Below are positions 52,130-64,000 of a stretch of DNA of 64,000 nt, piece by piece; the stretch's first letter is position 1; each line of letters starts with the position of its first letter. A program made the translations under genes and the position numbers. This stretch comes from the human T2T-CHM13v2.0 reference genome, Homo sapiens, in the NCBI RefSeq assembly GCF_009914755.1, contig NC_060935.1; one strand, written 5' to 3'. The notes below the pieces were generated by a model, which was given only the letters and a program-made list of their open reading frames with translations, was not told the origin of the DNA and made no database searches.

Positions 52130-52712
52130 CATTGTGGAAGACATTGTGGTGATTCCTCAGGTATCTAGAACCAGAAATACCATTTGACCCAGCAATCCCA
52201 TTACTAGGTATATACCCAAAGGATTATAAATCATTCTACTATAAAGACACATGCACATGTATGTTTATTGCAGCACTATTCACAATAGCAAAGACTTGGA
52301 ACCAACCCAAATGTCCATCAGTGATAGACTGGATAAAGAAAATGTGGCACATAGACACCATGGAATACTATGCAGCCATAAAGAAGGATGAGTTCATGTC
52401 CTTTGTAGGAATGTGGATGAAGCTGGAAACAATCATTCTCAGCAAACTAACACAGGAACAGAAAACAAAACACCCCATGTTCTCACTCATAAGTGGGAGT
52501 TGAACAATGAGAACACGTGGACACAGGGAGGAAAATATCACACAACAGGTCCTGCCAGGAGGTGGGGGGCTAGGGGAGGGACAGCATTAGGAGAAACACC
52601 TAATGTCAGGTTGATGGGTGCAGCAAACCACCATGGCACATGTATACCTATGTAACAAACCTGCATGTTCTGCACATGTATCCCAGAACTTAAAGTATAA
52701 TAAAATAAAATA
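52130..52712 (+). mobile_element. 5'-truncated L1PA7-like element
   Basis: ORF2 C-terminus ([19 protein letters not shown]...SLISGS), 3'UTR, (TAAAA)n tail; no TSD seen. Confidence 0.9.
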
Positions 52713-53869
52713 AGGATGTTGGAGTTGAGGATGGGGGCAGTCCCAGACATTACCAAAATGTAATTGCTAGCTCTGGATTGCTATAATTCTAAGAAAGGCA
52801 CATTTGGAGGTATGGAGAATATGAGAAACCTGTTGATTTATATGTCTTCATGTGAAATAACATAGCTTTTCACCTTATCTTTACAAACACCAGTTTCATC
52901 ACTGCCTATTTTTTATTTTTTCTATTTCATCCCACTCCTCTTCCCACAACTAAATAGAATGTAGCTTTTTTTCTTCTTTGCACAATATATATAAATAAAT
53001 ATCTAAAAAGAAAATTATTACTCTAGAGGATTATCAAGCCAGACTCAAAAACAAAAAGTCATTAATTTGTATGGGCATTAGAAACAGGAGAAACTTAGAA
53101 GTCCAATTTCAGTTAACTAATTCCTCCATGGTTTTCTAACAAATGGATATATCCTATTAAATGGACATTGCATATTTAAAAACCAATATTTTTTGTTAGA
53201 CATTCAGGTTATATTTAATATTTAGCTATTCTAAATAATACTGAAATTAACATTCTTATAAAGAAATTGTTAGCCATATCTCAGAATTTTTGGGGGGTAG
53301 AGGATAAGTTCCTAGGGAATTTGCTGGATAAGAGAGTTAAAGTATACATTTTGATGTATATATAGCCATAATCGTTGGATTTATTTTCTTCCCACCAACA
53401 GGGAACAAATGTTTCTCTGTTAACATATTCTCATCAGTCTTGAATACTATTAATCTTATAAGCTTTGCAAACTTTCTTGAACTTTTCACTTTTTAAGTCA
53501 ACCATTATTAACTATATTTTTGTGAATTCCTTGTTTATGATGTCATGATGTCATTTCAATTATGTATCACTGTGATTTTGTTTTTCTCATTGAATAATTT
53601 TCACATTTTTTATAGTATACTTCCAGAAAAGTTTTACTAAAGATACTGTTGCCTGAATACTTCAACACCTTGTTACTGAATTTAATGGCAATGTATTTAG
53701 CGTTAACAATTCCATGAAGTATGACATAGAATACAGAATGCGATTTTAGATCAACGTTTTAAAAAATAATTTCAAGGAATCATCCCTTTAATTTAGTTTA
53801 ATAACATAGTTTTTTGTTTGTTTCATATTGTTTTCCTTCATTTATTATGAGGGATGATTGTTCAAATGT

Positions 53870-54415
53870 TCTAGAGGCAGTATAGCAACTGCTCTGAAAG
53901 CAGATTGCCTGGATCCAAATCATAATTCACTGCTTAATAGCCGACTGATGCTGAAGAGTTTACTTAAACTTTCTCTACCTAACTTTTCCTGTCAGTAAAA
54001 TGGGAATAATGATATTAGCATCTGTGTCATATGGTTTTAGTGAGGATGAGTTAATTCATTTAAAGTGTTTAATGTAGTATCTACCACACAGTAAGCACTT
54101 GAAAATGTTAGCCAAATATAAATATTATGGCACTATTATTATTGTTGCATATTGGGAGGTGCTCTGACAGAGTGGCTTAATCAACATTACATGTTCTTGT
54201 TTTCATATCTTAGCTTTCTCATATGCTAATTATGTGCATTTGAGCAAGTTACTAAACATTGTGTGTGTCAGTTTTTCTCATCTAAAATATGAAGATAAAA
54301 TACTTCATGGGATTTTTGTATGAATTAACTGAACATATATATACTTAAAGCACTTACAATAATGCCTAGAACATAGCTCATTATAGCATTCAACAAATGT
54401 GAGCTATTACTATTA
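53870..54415 (+). mobile_element. two tandem MIR copies
   Basis: 'gcagattgcctggatccaaatc...cagtaaaatgggaataat' and 'tgagcaagttactaaac...tcagtttttctcatctaaaa'. Confidence 0.6.
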
Positions 54416-55396
54416 CCTATTTCGGTTGCATCTTTTATTTATTAATGATATGCCATATTAATAGATTTTCTCATAGTAATTTCCATTGCATTTATAGAAC
54501 AAATCTTTCTTGGAACTTTTTAATGTACTCTTGAATTAGATTAGTTCTCTTATTAGTATTTTTAAACTATATTCATAAATGAGATTAATCTGTATTTTCT
54601 TTTAGTGTTCAGTTTTTATATACACTATTTTCCTAAAATTAGAAAGTTTCTTTGCTATTTCACTAGTTTGGAAATAAGCACCAATCATGAGACTTACCTA
54701 TCTTTGAAAGTTTACATGTATTTGATTTTAACCCTACCTGAGTTTGTTTCATTAAAGTTAATTCTTTGACAAAATTTTAATTTATTCCAAGGTTATGAGT
54801 CTATTCATGTTTTCAATTTCTAATTGGATCAATTTAGGTAGTTTATGTGGTGAAAAGAGAAAATTATAAGCCCATATTCTTTAATTCAGCTAGAAATTGC
54901 AAACGTGAGGTTGCATTCTTCAGTTAATACAGCTGCTTTAAGAAGACAAAGCCCTGTGCTAGCCATCACTTCTCAATAAATTGATGAGGCAACTTTATTT
55001 TTCCAGTTGTTCAGGTCTAAATCTTTGAAGATACCCTTGATACTTCTCTTCTTTGACATCTAATCCACCAACAAATCATTTGACATATATCCAAAATTCA
55101 ATTGCCTCACCACCTCCACTGTTCTCCTAAATTCCAACCTATCATTATCTCTCACCCGGAGTATTTCATTAATCTTCTGATGCATCTTCCTACTTTTTCT
55201 CTTGTCTTCTAGAGTATAGAACGAGGTGTACTACCCAGATCTCCCAATCAGAACCAACGCTTTCAATTCCCAACTTCCAGGATTGTTGGTGGCCAACAGT
55301 GCATATCTGAGTCTCTCTCAATAAATTGCTCTCAGCTCAAAGGGAATTCCTTCATCTAGGGTCACACCTGTTTCCCAAAGGTAGACAGCTTCTAAC

Positions 55397-55637
55397 TGAG
55401 ACAACCAGGTGGGAGGGGTCCCTGGAGAAACTCTAACCAGCCTGCCCACTGCGGTGGAACCGCAGGAAGTTCACAACATTTGCAGCAGAGAGGAGACTGA
55501 CCCCTTTTCTTCCTGTGTGGAGCCTGGGATTCAGGCAGTGGGCAGGAAGCACTCTAGTGGAGGTACTCTGGATTTGCAAGAGTCCCTGATTCCCCAGAAC
55601 CCCATCTTTAGCTAAACGAAGGAAAAGTCCTGCAACA
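55397..55637 (+). repeat. 5' LTR (241 bp, internally deleted)
   Basis: direct similarity to 60133-60467. Confidence 0.88.
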
Positions 55638-55641
55638 TTTT

Positions 55642-55659
55642 TGGCACCAAACATGGGGC
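55642..55659 (+). other. primer binding site, tRNA-Lys-like
   Basis: tggcaccaaacatggggc vs Lys1,2 PBS TGGCGCCCAACGTGGGGC (15/18), 4 nt after the LTR. Confidence 0.7.
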
Positions 55660-58600
55660 TCCAAAAGCAGTGAATGAAATGGGGACTCAAAATCTCTCAC
55701 TATTGCTCCTAAGCATTTTCATCCTCAGACTACTGAGGGTGGGGGAAACAAGCCGCCAAGCCCTGTCACTCTTGGGGGTCGGAGGAAAGGCCCTTTTCTT
55801 CCTTTTTCAGGATGGACAGGCAAGCGGGGTCTCCTTGCTCCCCCTCCCCTCTGTGTGGAGGCTGGGGTGTATGGCCCAAGGGTCCCACACAGCTAGCTGG
55901 CTGGCTCCCAGACAAAAGCCACAGCAGCCTTCCCTTTCCCCCCGCCAAGAGGTTCAGCTTTTTCTGACAGTAATTAAGCTTTTCTCCTGGTGGAGGAACC
56001 ACTTTCATAACAATAAGAGGTTCTTCCCCAGGCATTTTTAAACTGTTTTTTTTTTCTTCCCCTTCTCTACCCCGTCAGCAGTTAACCTTTAACTTTTTTT
56101 TTCCTTTTAGAAGACGTTTTTACTAGACCAGGCAACCCAACTATCACTGTTTGTACTCTCTGTAAAGTTTTGGTCATGAAAAAGGATTTGTGGGGCTAGT
56201 CTTTGGCTATGGCCCATCTGGTGTGCTTTGCCTGTCTGCATGGTTTGTGCTCCAAGCCTCCATCTTGCTTTACATCCTGGGGGCATAGCTGGTAAGTGCT
56301 TGGCAAGGCTTTGTTTAGCAACCCTGCCTTAGGGGATGAGCTCTCTCTGGTTCAATATCTGCAGGTTTTCCTAGCCCTGTCTCTTAAAGGACACCACAAC
56401 CACTGGGTTTTCTTCTGCCTGTCTGTGTGTGTACTGTGATGTCTGTACAAGGAGCTCTGATTCATGTGGCCTAAAGAAAGGGTCTTGGATCAAGTATTTT
56501 TTAAAAAGGGAAGATAAAAGCTGTGGTACCTTTCAGGTCACATGACTTTAATCTTTGAGAAATAAAATCAGCCTTAAAGATTATTGGTAAAATGTAGATG
56601 TCATTAAAATGTAAATAGGTGAACTGAAGAATGCAGGTCAGATGCAAGGTTTGCCAAGTGTTTTGAGGTTACAAACTGGTTTTTGGGTTTTGAAAAGTAT
56701 TTGACTTGCTGGCTTCACAATTGATAAGGCCTATGGAACTGACATACGGAACTAACCATGCCCTTAATTAAGAAGGCAAAATTTGGCTGCAGTTAGCACA
56801 CAATTAAAGCAACTTACCAAGTTTTACCTTAAAGTTAAAAATGCCTAGGAGTTAACTGAAACTACTAGAAATACATTTACATGAAAGGTGTATAAGAACA
56901 GTAAAATGTGTTTTTTAGTAAAAGGTTATAAGAAGGCATGGAAATGTAAACTTTTGCCTAGAGTTAAAGGATTGTTTTGAGTTAAATTAGGAAAAAGCTG
57001 AAGGTTAAAAGAAGTAGTGCAACAACTGTGGAAATTAATCTTGCAGAAGAGGTTCTTCATGTGAACGTATTGACTAAATTCAAAAAAGGGTATTATATGG
57101 TTTTTCTGTAAATTGAGCACTCAAATAAATGCATAACAAGGTTTTCCTATGGCACCAATCTGCTCTTTGGCAACATTTGTAAGTGGTTATAAAAGGTTTT
57201 TGCTTCTTTAAAATTTCTGAGTCATCATTTTGGCAAAATAATTACCTTACGGTACTCTGGAATTCTATTTTATAATATCAAGTATTTTACACCTCAAACA
57301 TTTAACAGCCTTCCGAAAATCAAACTTCAGTTTCAAAATTGTCTTCCCTGGCACCTGGCTTTTTGAGTACTTCAGAGGGCCCCTGACGTGTCCAGAAAAG
57401 AGAGGTAAACAGGATTATTTGACATGTTTAGGTAGATGGGATTTCCAAAATGATGCTCAATCTTCTTTAGGTTATATATTGGTACTATATATGGTTATAT
57501 ATATAATGCTAATATATGTTCCAGAATTGTATGGGATTTCTAAAATTCTAATGTCTAAGTATATGCTACCAATCACAACTAACATTGTTATGTTAAGTTA
57601 TTGTAAGCCATGGAGTTAACCAAACTTCTCTGACATGAGTGTTTCTGCTTGTAGCTACCCTGGACATTTTGTTATTCACAGACAATTGTCTTGTTTTAAT
57701 CCTTTTCAAAGATGGTTTATAATGAGCTATAGAACTTTAACAGGTGCTCTCAAATACAGACTTCTGATAACTTTGGATATTGTGACATTGGAATACAGGA
57801 ACATGCCCAGGACTCATGAAGAGCTGAAATGTTCATGAATATCAAGCAAAACAGGAGTTAACTAAATGGACTGAACTCAGGAAGCTGAAGCAACCTTTTT
57901 GACTTTCGCTTGGAATATTGCTAATCCATGTTTTGTTTTTCAGAGTCAAGGAAACTTATTTTGGACTATTTACGGCCTTTAATAATTGAGTAAGGTATAC
58001 TCCTATGAATGAAATTTGAAACATGTTGGTTACTCTCTGCCTGGTTCCTCTAGAATTTAGAAACTATCTGTGAGTATTCTTATGACAATATAGTTATGTG
58101 CATCAGTGCAATAAGAATCCATTTTTCTTTTGCAACAGGACACAATTGGAGAAAGTAGTTATTTTACCAAGGCTTTGACTGGAAGGGTATGCTTCCGTTT
58201 GAGGAGTGAAGCTTGACTTGCAGAGCCAATAAAAGCCCCATGGGGAAACTGGCCTCATACCCTTGTCTATGCTGTCCCTGTGCAGAGTTCTTGACCTGTG
58301 GTCAGTAAAGAATGTCACTTTATAACAGGGATAGGAGCTCCAAGTTTATCTTGGGACCTTTGGAGAGGATCACCCAACTCACAAGTATTTGAAGATGAAA
58401 ACCCATGGCTGGGCTTGGTTTTAAAAGGTCTTATCCGTGATTCCTTGTGGTACACACTTCCATCAAAGCCAGTCCAAAAGGCCTATGTAGAAATAGTTAT
58501 TCTTGCTCTACTTTATGCAAATAATCAGGCCAAGTATAAGACTAAAGTCCCTTTTGCAAACCACTCAGTCCTGACATAATTTGTTTTTTAACAAAAATGA

Positions 58601-60121
58601 GAACTGGAGAGAGAGAAATTATATTTCAAAACTTATACATTTGTCATTAAATTCTAAACTCACTAGCTGTTTTTAAGTTTTTGTCTACATTTTAGACTAA
58701 CCCTGCTTGTTCCTTTGAACCAAGGAGCAATCTCCAGCTGTAGCTCCGAAAGAACTAAAGGGATGGGTAATATAAAAATCTGGATCAATATTCTAGTTCT
58801 GAGCAGTTATCCTGCAAATCCTGCCAGGTGATGGGAATAAGTAGAATATCCATCACTTGGAAGTTTCCTTTTTGGGAAAGTAAGACTGAGGGAGCTGACC
58901 AAGGCTGGGCACCAGGCAGCCAAATCCTAGCAAGCATAACTATAGCTACCAATTATCTGGGTGTGTAACAAGACATCCTTTCCTCTCCCTTGGAGGAGAA
59001 CTCAGTTCCACAGCTTTACTTAGCCTTTGGTTTATGATAAGGAGTCCATGCAACCCCCCTGAGATACATTTTGTCTCAGACTCAATTCCAAGCTTCGGGT
59101 CAAAGCCCTAGGAAAGAAAATTGTATCTAAGGGATCCAGAAGCAAATGATAATGAAGGTTAAAACACACAGTGCAGGTGAGCGTGGCTGATTACTGCCAA
59201 TTAAGGCAACCCCAAGCTTTTTGTTTCATGGATAAAAGCCACATAAATATCCATGGCATAAATGAGGTCTAGGGAACTCTAAGGCTACTAAGACTAGGTA
59301 GGAAAGAGACATAGGTGACAGCGAATAATTCCTATTCTCTAGGCCCTCTCTGCTTCATGGGTACAGCCACTTTGGCACTCATGGCAGCACCTGCCAAGGT
59401 TGCCAGAACTCAGGAATACAAGGATGGAAGAGGGAAAGTGGACGCTCTTCCCTCTCTCCCTGAAGTACCCCTGGTATCTGTTAGGAAGAGAAGAGAACCA
59501 GGGACACCTGCTCCCTTTTTTCTAGATGGGTAGCCACTCACCTTCAGTCTGTACCCATTTCAAATGCATCCTGAACCCTTGGGACTCCTTTAAAAAATGC
59601 TTTATTTTTCCTTTCTCTTCCTCGGTTCTCTCTTCAGATAGGTAATTGTGTCTCCATACCATGGGACACTCCCCTCAGATGCATCCTCCAAACTGAAAAG
59701 AGTTAATTTCCCAAACCTTAAACTGGTCGACCTAGGTTTGGGCTTAGGGAAGGGAACCCGGAAGTCCAACATGCTGGCCAAAGGGTAAAGCTTTTTTTAA
59801 CCAGTCGGACTTTTGGCTTCCCTCTCTCTGTGCAAACTGGTAAAAGGCCTTGGAATTTTTGAGCTGTCCTTAACCCTCCCCTTGTTTCATTTTGATACAT
59901 GTTTCCTAATAATCTGGTTTGTCTGTTCTTGCATTCAGGCCATCAAACTCCAGTCACACAACTGGAGCCTCAGATGATGGCCCCTCCTACCAGGAACACT
60001 TAGGCTTCTAGGGAAGCTCTGACTGCCATTTCCCCAAAACAGCGGCCCATGTCAGCAGGAAGCATTTAAGATCAGTCTTCATCCTTATCCTTAATCTAAC
60101 ATCAGTTAGATGTACTTCTTT

Positions 60122-60132
60122 GGAGGCAGGAA
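60122..60132 (+). other. polypurine tract
   Basis: ggaggcaggaa immediately before the 3' LTR TG. Confidence 0.65.
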
Positions 60133-60467
60133 TGAGATAGTCAGATGGGAAAGAGTCCCTGGAGAAACTCCAACCAGCCTGCCCATTGGGGTGGAGCCTC
60201 AGGAAGTTCACGACATTTGCTTCAGGGAGGAGCCTGGCCCCTCTTCTTCCTGTGTGGAACCTGCAATTCAAGAGGCAGGCAGGAAGCACTCTATCTAGCA
60301 AAGGGACTTTGGCCTTGTAAGAGTCCCTGTTTTCCCCTTTTTTCCCTTTTCATGCAATAAAACCCTGCTTTACTCACCCTTTAAACCATCTGTGAGCCTA
60401 AATTTTCATGGCCATGGGGCAGACAAGAACCACGTCTTTAGCTGAACTAAGGAAAAGTCCTGCAACA
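60133..60467 (+). repeat. 3' LTR (335 bp) with AATAAA
   Basis: direct similarity to the 5' LTR; AATAAA at 60356. Confidence 0.88.
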
Positions 60468-60721
60468 TAATGACTGGTCAATGTAGATCTGGCCCCTTTG
60501 CCTCAATTTAGGACAACTCTGAAAGGATATCTGAGTTTCAGAGCTCCTGTGGATCAGTGGAGGATATTATGATAGCCACTTTTCATGTAACACGTCACTC
60601 TGCCCAATCCTACATTCTCACTAACTCATAAGTATTGTTCCTGAGCACACTTCCTAATAAACTTTCTATGTGCAAATTCTTCATCTCAGAATCTGCTTTT
60701 CAGGGCCACTGACCTAAGATG

Positions 60722-61110
60722 CTTTGTGCAAGGAATTATATGAAAAAAAAAGCAGACAGTTTTTGAGCTGCAACACCCAGTGGCTCTCTGGCCAGTGAGA
60801 ACTTTATTGGTGGTGTAAGTAAAAACTGATAATTCTTAGCATGTTATAATGATGAAGTTACTAAAACTTTCACCTGTGGTGAACTGGGAGAAAAAAAACA
60901 GAGGGAAGGAATGCACTGGTAGTTATGACATCCCAGTCACACAAGAGGTTTTGGGGAAATAATAATTATAAAAACCATGGATTTGAATGGATGTTGTTGA
61001 ATGTGATCAAAGCTTTAAAGAAAGACAATGCAAGACTAAAGGTGATTAATCACCAATATGAGGTAAAATGTAAAAGTCAGAGAACTCCTGAGCTATAAAG
61101 ATACTTATGT
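60722..61110 (+). mobile_element. ERVL internal 5' fragment (ERV3-16A3-like) following LTR16
   Basis: 'aaagcagac...tttttgagctg...taaaactttcacctgtggtgaactggg'. Confidence 0.55.
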
Positions 61111-61117
61111 CCTACAG

Positions 61118-61273
61118 CCACACCTGGCTAATTTTGTATTTTTAGTAGAGATAGGGTTTCACCATGTTGGCCATGGTTGGCCAGGCTGGTCTCAAACTCC
61201 TGACCTCAGGTGATCTACCCGCCTCAGCCTCCCTAAGTGCTGCAATTACAGGCATGAGCCACTGCAGCGGGTC
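61118..61273 (-). mobile_element. AluS left arm fragment
   Basis: 'ctggctaattttgtatttttagtagagatagggtttcaccatg...acctcaggtgatc'; small duplication ccatgttgg/ccatggttgg. Confidence 0.85.
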
Positions 61274-62023
61274 AAATATTTTTAAAATAAACTTTACTAC
61301 AGCAATAAAAGAGGGTACTGGCACTCAAAACCTAGAAACCACTCAAGTACCTCACCCTAACTACAAAGAATCTTCTATCATTGCTGGCTCAAGAAAATTT
61401 AAAACATTTCCAAATGAAAAGAAAACCAAAAACAATAATCATATATATCTATAACAAGAAAAAAACAGAAAATGTGATAGTGGTATTGAGGTTCTGTCAG
61501 AGACTATCTTTGTTCTTAGGAGATATATACTAAAACCTTTAGGGCTGAAATGTTACGATACTTGCAATTTAATTTCAAATTATTCAGCAAACACACACAC
61601 ACACACACGAAGACATAAAGTTTAGTACCAGTTAGCAAATATAAACAACTATGTCTTCTTTTTACTTCTTTATTCCTTTTCATTTCTTTTTTTTTCCCTT
61701 TGTTCCTTCTTTTTTCTTTTCTTTTTTTTTTATCCTGGAACATTTTCTACATTCACAAGTAAGGTATTATTTCTCTAGTTGTAATGATACTGGATATAAA
61801 CATCCTCATTTCTGACCAAACTGATCAAATATCACAGAAGAATAATTGTATGACCTTGTAGAATATTGGAGAATAAGCAAAATGCATTAAATAACTACTG
61901 GGGACTATGTTGAAAACTTTTGAAAGTTCAATACACATAGATCTTCACAGTTAAGAAGTGATGTGATGATTTCTTGCCTAATCAACCAGATCAAACACCC
62001 GAATCTAAAACTGCTCTTTTTTC

Positions 62024-62170
62024 GACTGGGCATGGTGGCTCACGCCTAACCCCAGCACTCTGGGAGGCTGAGGCAGGAGGATCACTTGAGGCCAGGAGTT
62101 TGAGACCAGCCTGGGCAACATAGCCAGACCTGTTTCTATGGGAAAAAAACCAAAAACAACAACAAAAAAA
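62024..62170 (+). mobile_element. FLAM_C-like Alu monomer
   Basis: left monomer plus A-rich tail; degenerate TSD aaaactgctctttt / aaaactgtcctttt. Confidence 0.85.
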
Positions 62171-62669
62171 CTGTCCTTTTCAGTTGTCATTCACAACAAA
62201 AGTTGTTATATAATCAATCAATGTAGTTTTATTTTTTCAGTATTTTTCAGTACTCCTTTGTAAGTATACATACCCACACAGGTATTTCCTGCTTATGCTA
62301 CTAGTCTAAAAGTCACTGATCTAATTGTTTAATTCAATTTGAACAGTAATAAGGACAACATAACTCACATGGAAGCATTTGATAATGATTTTTGACTGTG
62401 CTCTTGTAAAGCAAGAGACCATGATGATTTGATTTAGACAGCAGTTATGACAATACAATTTGCATTCAGAAACTTAATAAACACTTTAATTGTGCTCTTG
62501 GTTGACTCTCCCCAAGATAAGATATTTAGAGATACAGAGAGAAGTCTAAGTAAACACAGGATGCCACATGTTAGAAAATAAGTCCAATGAGAAAGAAAAA
62601 TGCCAAGTATACATAGATATTAATATTTTACATTTGTATATACTCCCAGTTAACAAAGCACCATTGCAC

Positions 62670-62930
62670 TATTTCAACCTAATAAGTAGTTATAGAGCAC
62701 ATACTCAAGGCACTATACCAGACAGTCTACGAAAAACAAAAAATGAATACATCCCCACAGAGGGCTTACAATCCAGTAGAAGATATGGTCTGCTTAACTC
62801 AAAGAAATAGAAATTGTAGAGATGCAAATTGTTATAGGAATATAGAGGGAGGAGAGATGAAATCTAACTGGAGGTGTCAGGGAAGACTTCATTCAGCAAG
62901 CAGTATTTGAATTTGGGCCTTGAAAAAATA
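62670..62930 (-). mobile_element. L2 fragment
   Basis: 'tagagcacatactcaaggcactat...gggcttacaatccagtag...tcagggaagacttc...tttgaatttgggccttgaa'. Confidence 0.55.
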
Positions 62931-63559
62931 AAACATCATTTGATTAAAATCAAACATTATAAGACAATCATAGAATTCACTATTATGTCACTCTCATAGG
63001 TCAAGAAACTGAGGCTGAAAGAGGCTAAGAGGACTCTCCTACTCATGGTCTTACAACTGGTAAATGTCAAGAGGCCTGAACCAAGTTTTTTTATTCCTTT
63101 ATTTAGTGCTCATTTACTATATCACTCTATAAGAGTTGTCTTAATCTGGGCAAGAGAGCAGATGTTCTTTCAGTATAGTAAAAAACTTTTTAAAAAGACT
63201 ACTCATTTCTGCTATAATAAACTTGGTTGTCCTTTGTAAACCATATGAAAATAAATGTTCTTATCCTCTAAATGTTAATGTTATTCCCTACTGTAAGTAC
63301 AGAAAATTCCTTACGGTATTTCAAGTATAAGTACTGGAAAAATCAGATCTTTGTTTAAAGATTAAGAAACCAACCATTAGAAAAGGGTGAAAACCAACTT
63401 CATCATGATAAGTAAACAGACTGTGGTATGATAGTGAGAGTGATACCCCACTACTAGTCTTTGCATCCCCGGGAGGATAGAAAAGGAGAGGACAACAGGA
63501 TTAAGCTGTACTGGATATAAGGTAAATTTTTTCCAATGGGAAAGAATACCCAAGAAAAT

Positions 63560-63780
63560 AATAACACATGTGCGCCTTACTATATGTCAGGCACTCTTCT
63601 AAGCACCTTGTACTTAATTCTCAAACAACTCCATGAAATAGGTATTATTATTACCACCCTTTATGGATAATGAATCTAAGCCACAAAGAAACATAGCCAA
63701 GGTCATGTAAGTGATAGAGGTAGCATATAAACTGTGTCTGGCTATAGAATCCTGATTCTTAACAATTCAACTCTACCATC
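63560..63780 (-). mobile_element. MIR
   Basis: 'cttactatatgtcaggcactcttctaagc...ttaattctcaaacaactccatgaaataggtattatt'. Confidence 0.65.
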
Positions 63781-63889
63781 TGTCAAAAAGTGAGATTGCA
63801 TACTCTTTTTGAAGATGGCTTTAAAATATTAATGCAAGTACAAATTAAATCTGTAACACATAATGGAAGTTCTAGTCCTAGGAAGCAAC

Positions 63890-64000
63890 AGCTTAGCAAG
63901 GCATCTAAGAACATAAACTTTGGCATCAAGCATACCAGGTTTTAAGGCCTCAGTCAACCTACCTGTGTGAACTTGGGCAAGTTATGAAAGCTTGAGTTTC
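63890..64000 (+). mobile_element. MIR 5' part (runs off the window)
   Basis: 'ctaagaacataaactttggcatcaagc...ctgtgtgaacttgggcaagtta'. Confidence 0.55.

Larger units (their letters stand above)
55397..60467 (+). mobile_element. MER61-like ERV1 provirus (non-autonomous, two LTRs, non-coding internal region)
   Basis: LTRs TGAGA...TGCAACA at 55397-55637 and 60133-60467; PBS; PPT; flanks taac / taat. Confidence 0.85.
55227..60721 (+). mobile_element. LTR16A-like ERVL LTR split by the MER61 provirus (halves 55227-55396 and 60468-60721)
   Basis: 'cccagatctccc...ctctcagctcaaagggaa...cagcttctaac' continues as 'taatgactggtcaatg...cccctttgcctcaatttaggacaactctgaa...cctaataaact...gacctaagat'. Confidence 0.65.

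Noticed and set aside
55409-60360. ORFs within the provirus as retroviral genes
   Set aside because: No pol or env motifs; paired ORFs simply reflect the two LTRs
63418-63527. Putative + strand exon ending AAG|GTAAAT
   Set aside because: Stops in all three frames and a weak acceptor

Overview
AT-rich primate DNA, almost certainly human given an L1HS with diagnostic 3'UTR bases. It is made mostly of transposable elements, and I found no convincing host protein-coding exon. Main contents: (1) a full-length pre-Ta L1HS (11417-17469, +) with a 17-bp TSD and open ORF0, ORF1 and ORF2, but with a G660E change in the conserved RT 'QG' motif; (2) an old L1PA15/16-like element (-) fused at its 5' end, in frame within ORF1, to a spliced 5' fragment of RCOR1 (CoREST) mRNA, probably a template-switch chimera; (3) an L1PA6-like insertion whose 5' junction looks like aborted twin priming on a homologous old L1; (4) two 5'-truncated L1PAs fused head-to-head with no TSD; (5) a two-LTR MER61-like ERV1 provirus nested in an LTR16/ERVL element; (6) MER41, MER39, MER4 and LTR16 LTRs, Tigger3, many Alu/MIR/L2 copies and microsatellites. 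Subfamily names and consensus comparisons come from memory and need RepeatMasker/Dfam confirmation. Boundaries of old repeats are approximate. I see no new biological system in the strict sense; the RCOR1-L1 chimera and the mechanistic junctions are the most unusual items.
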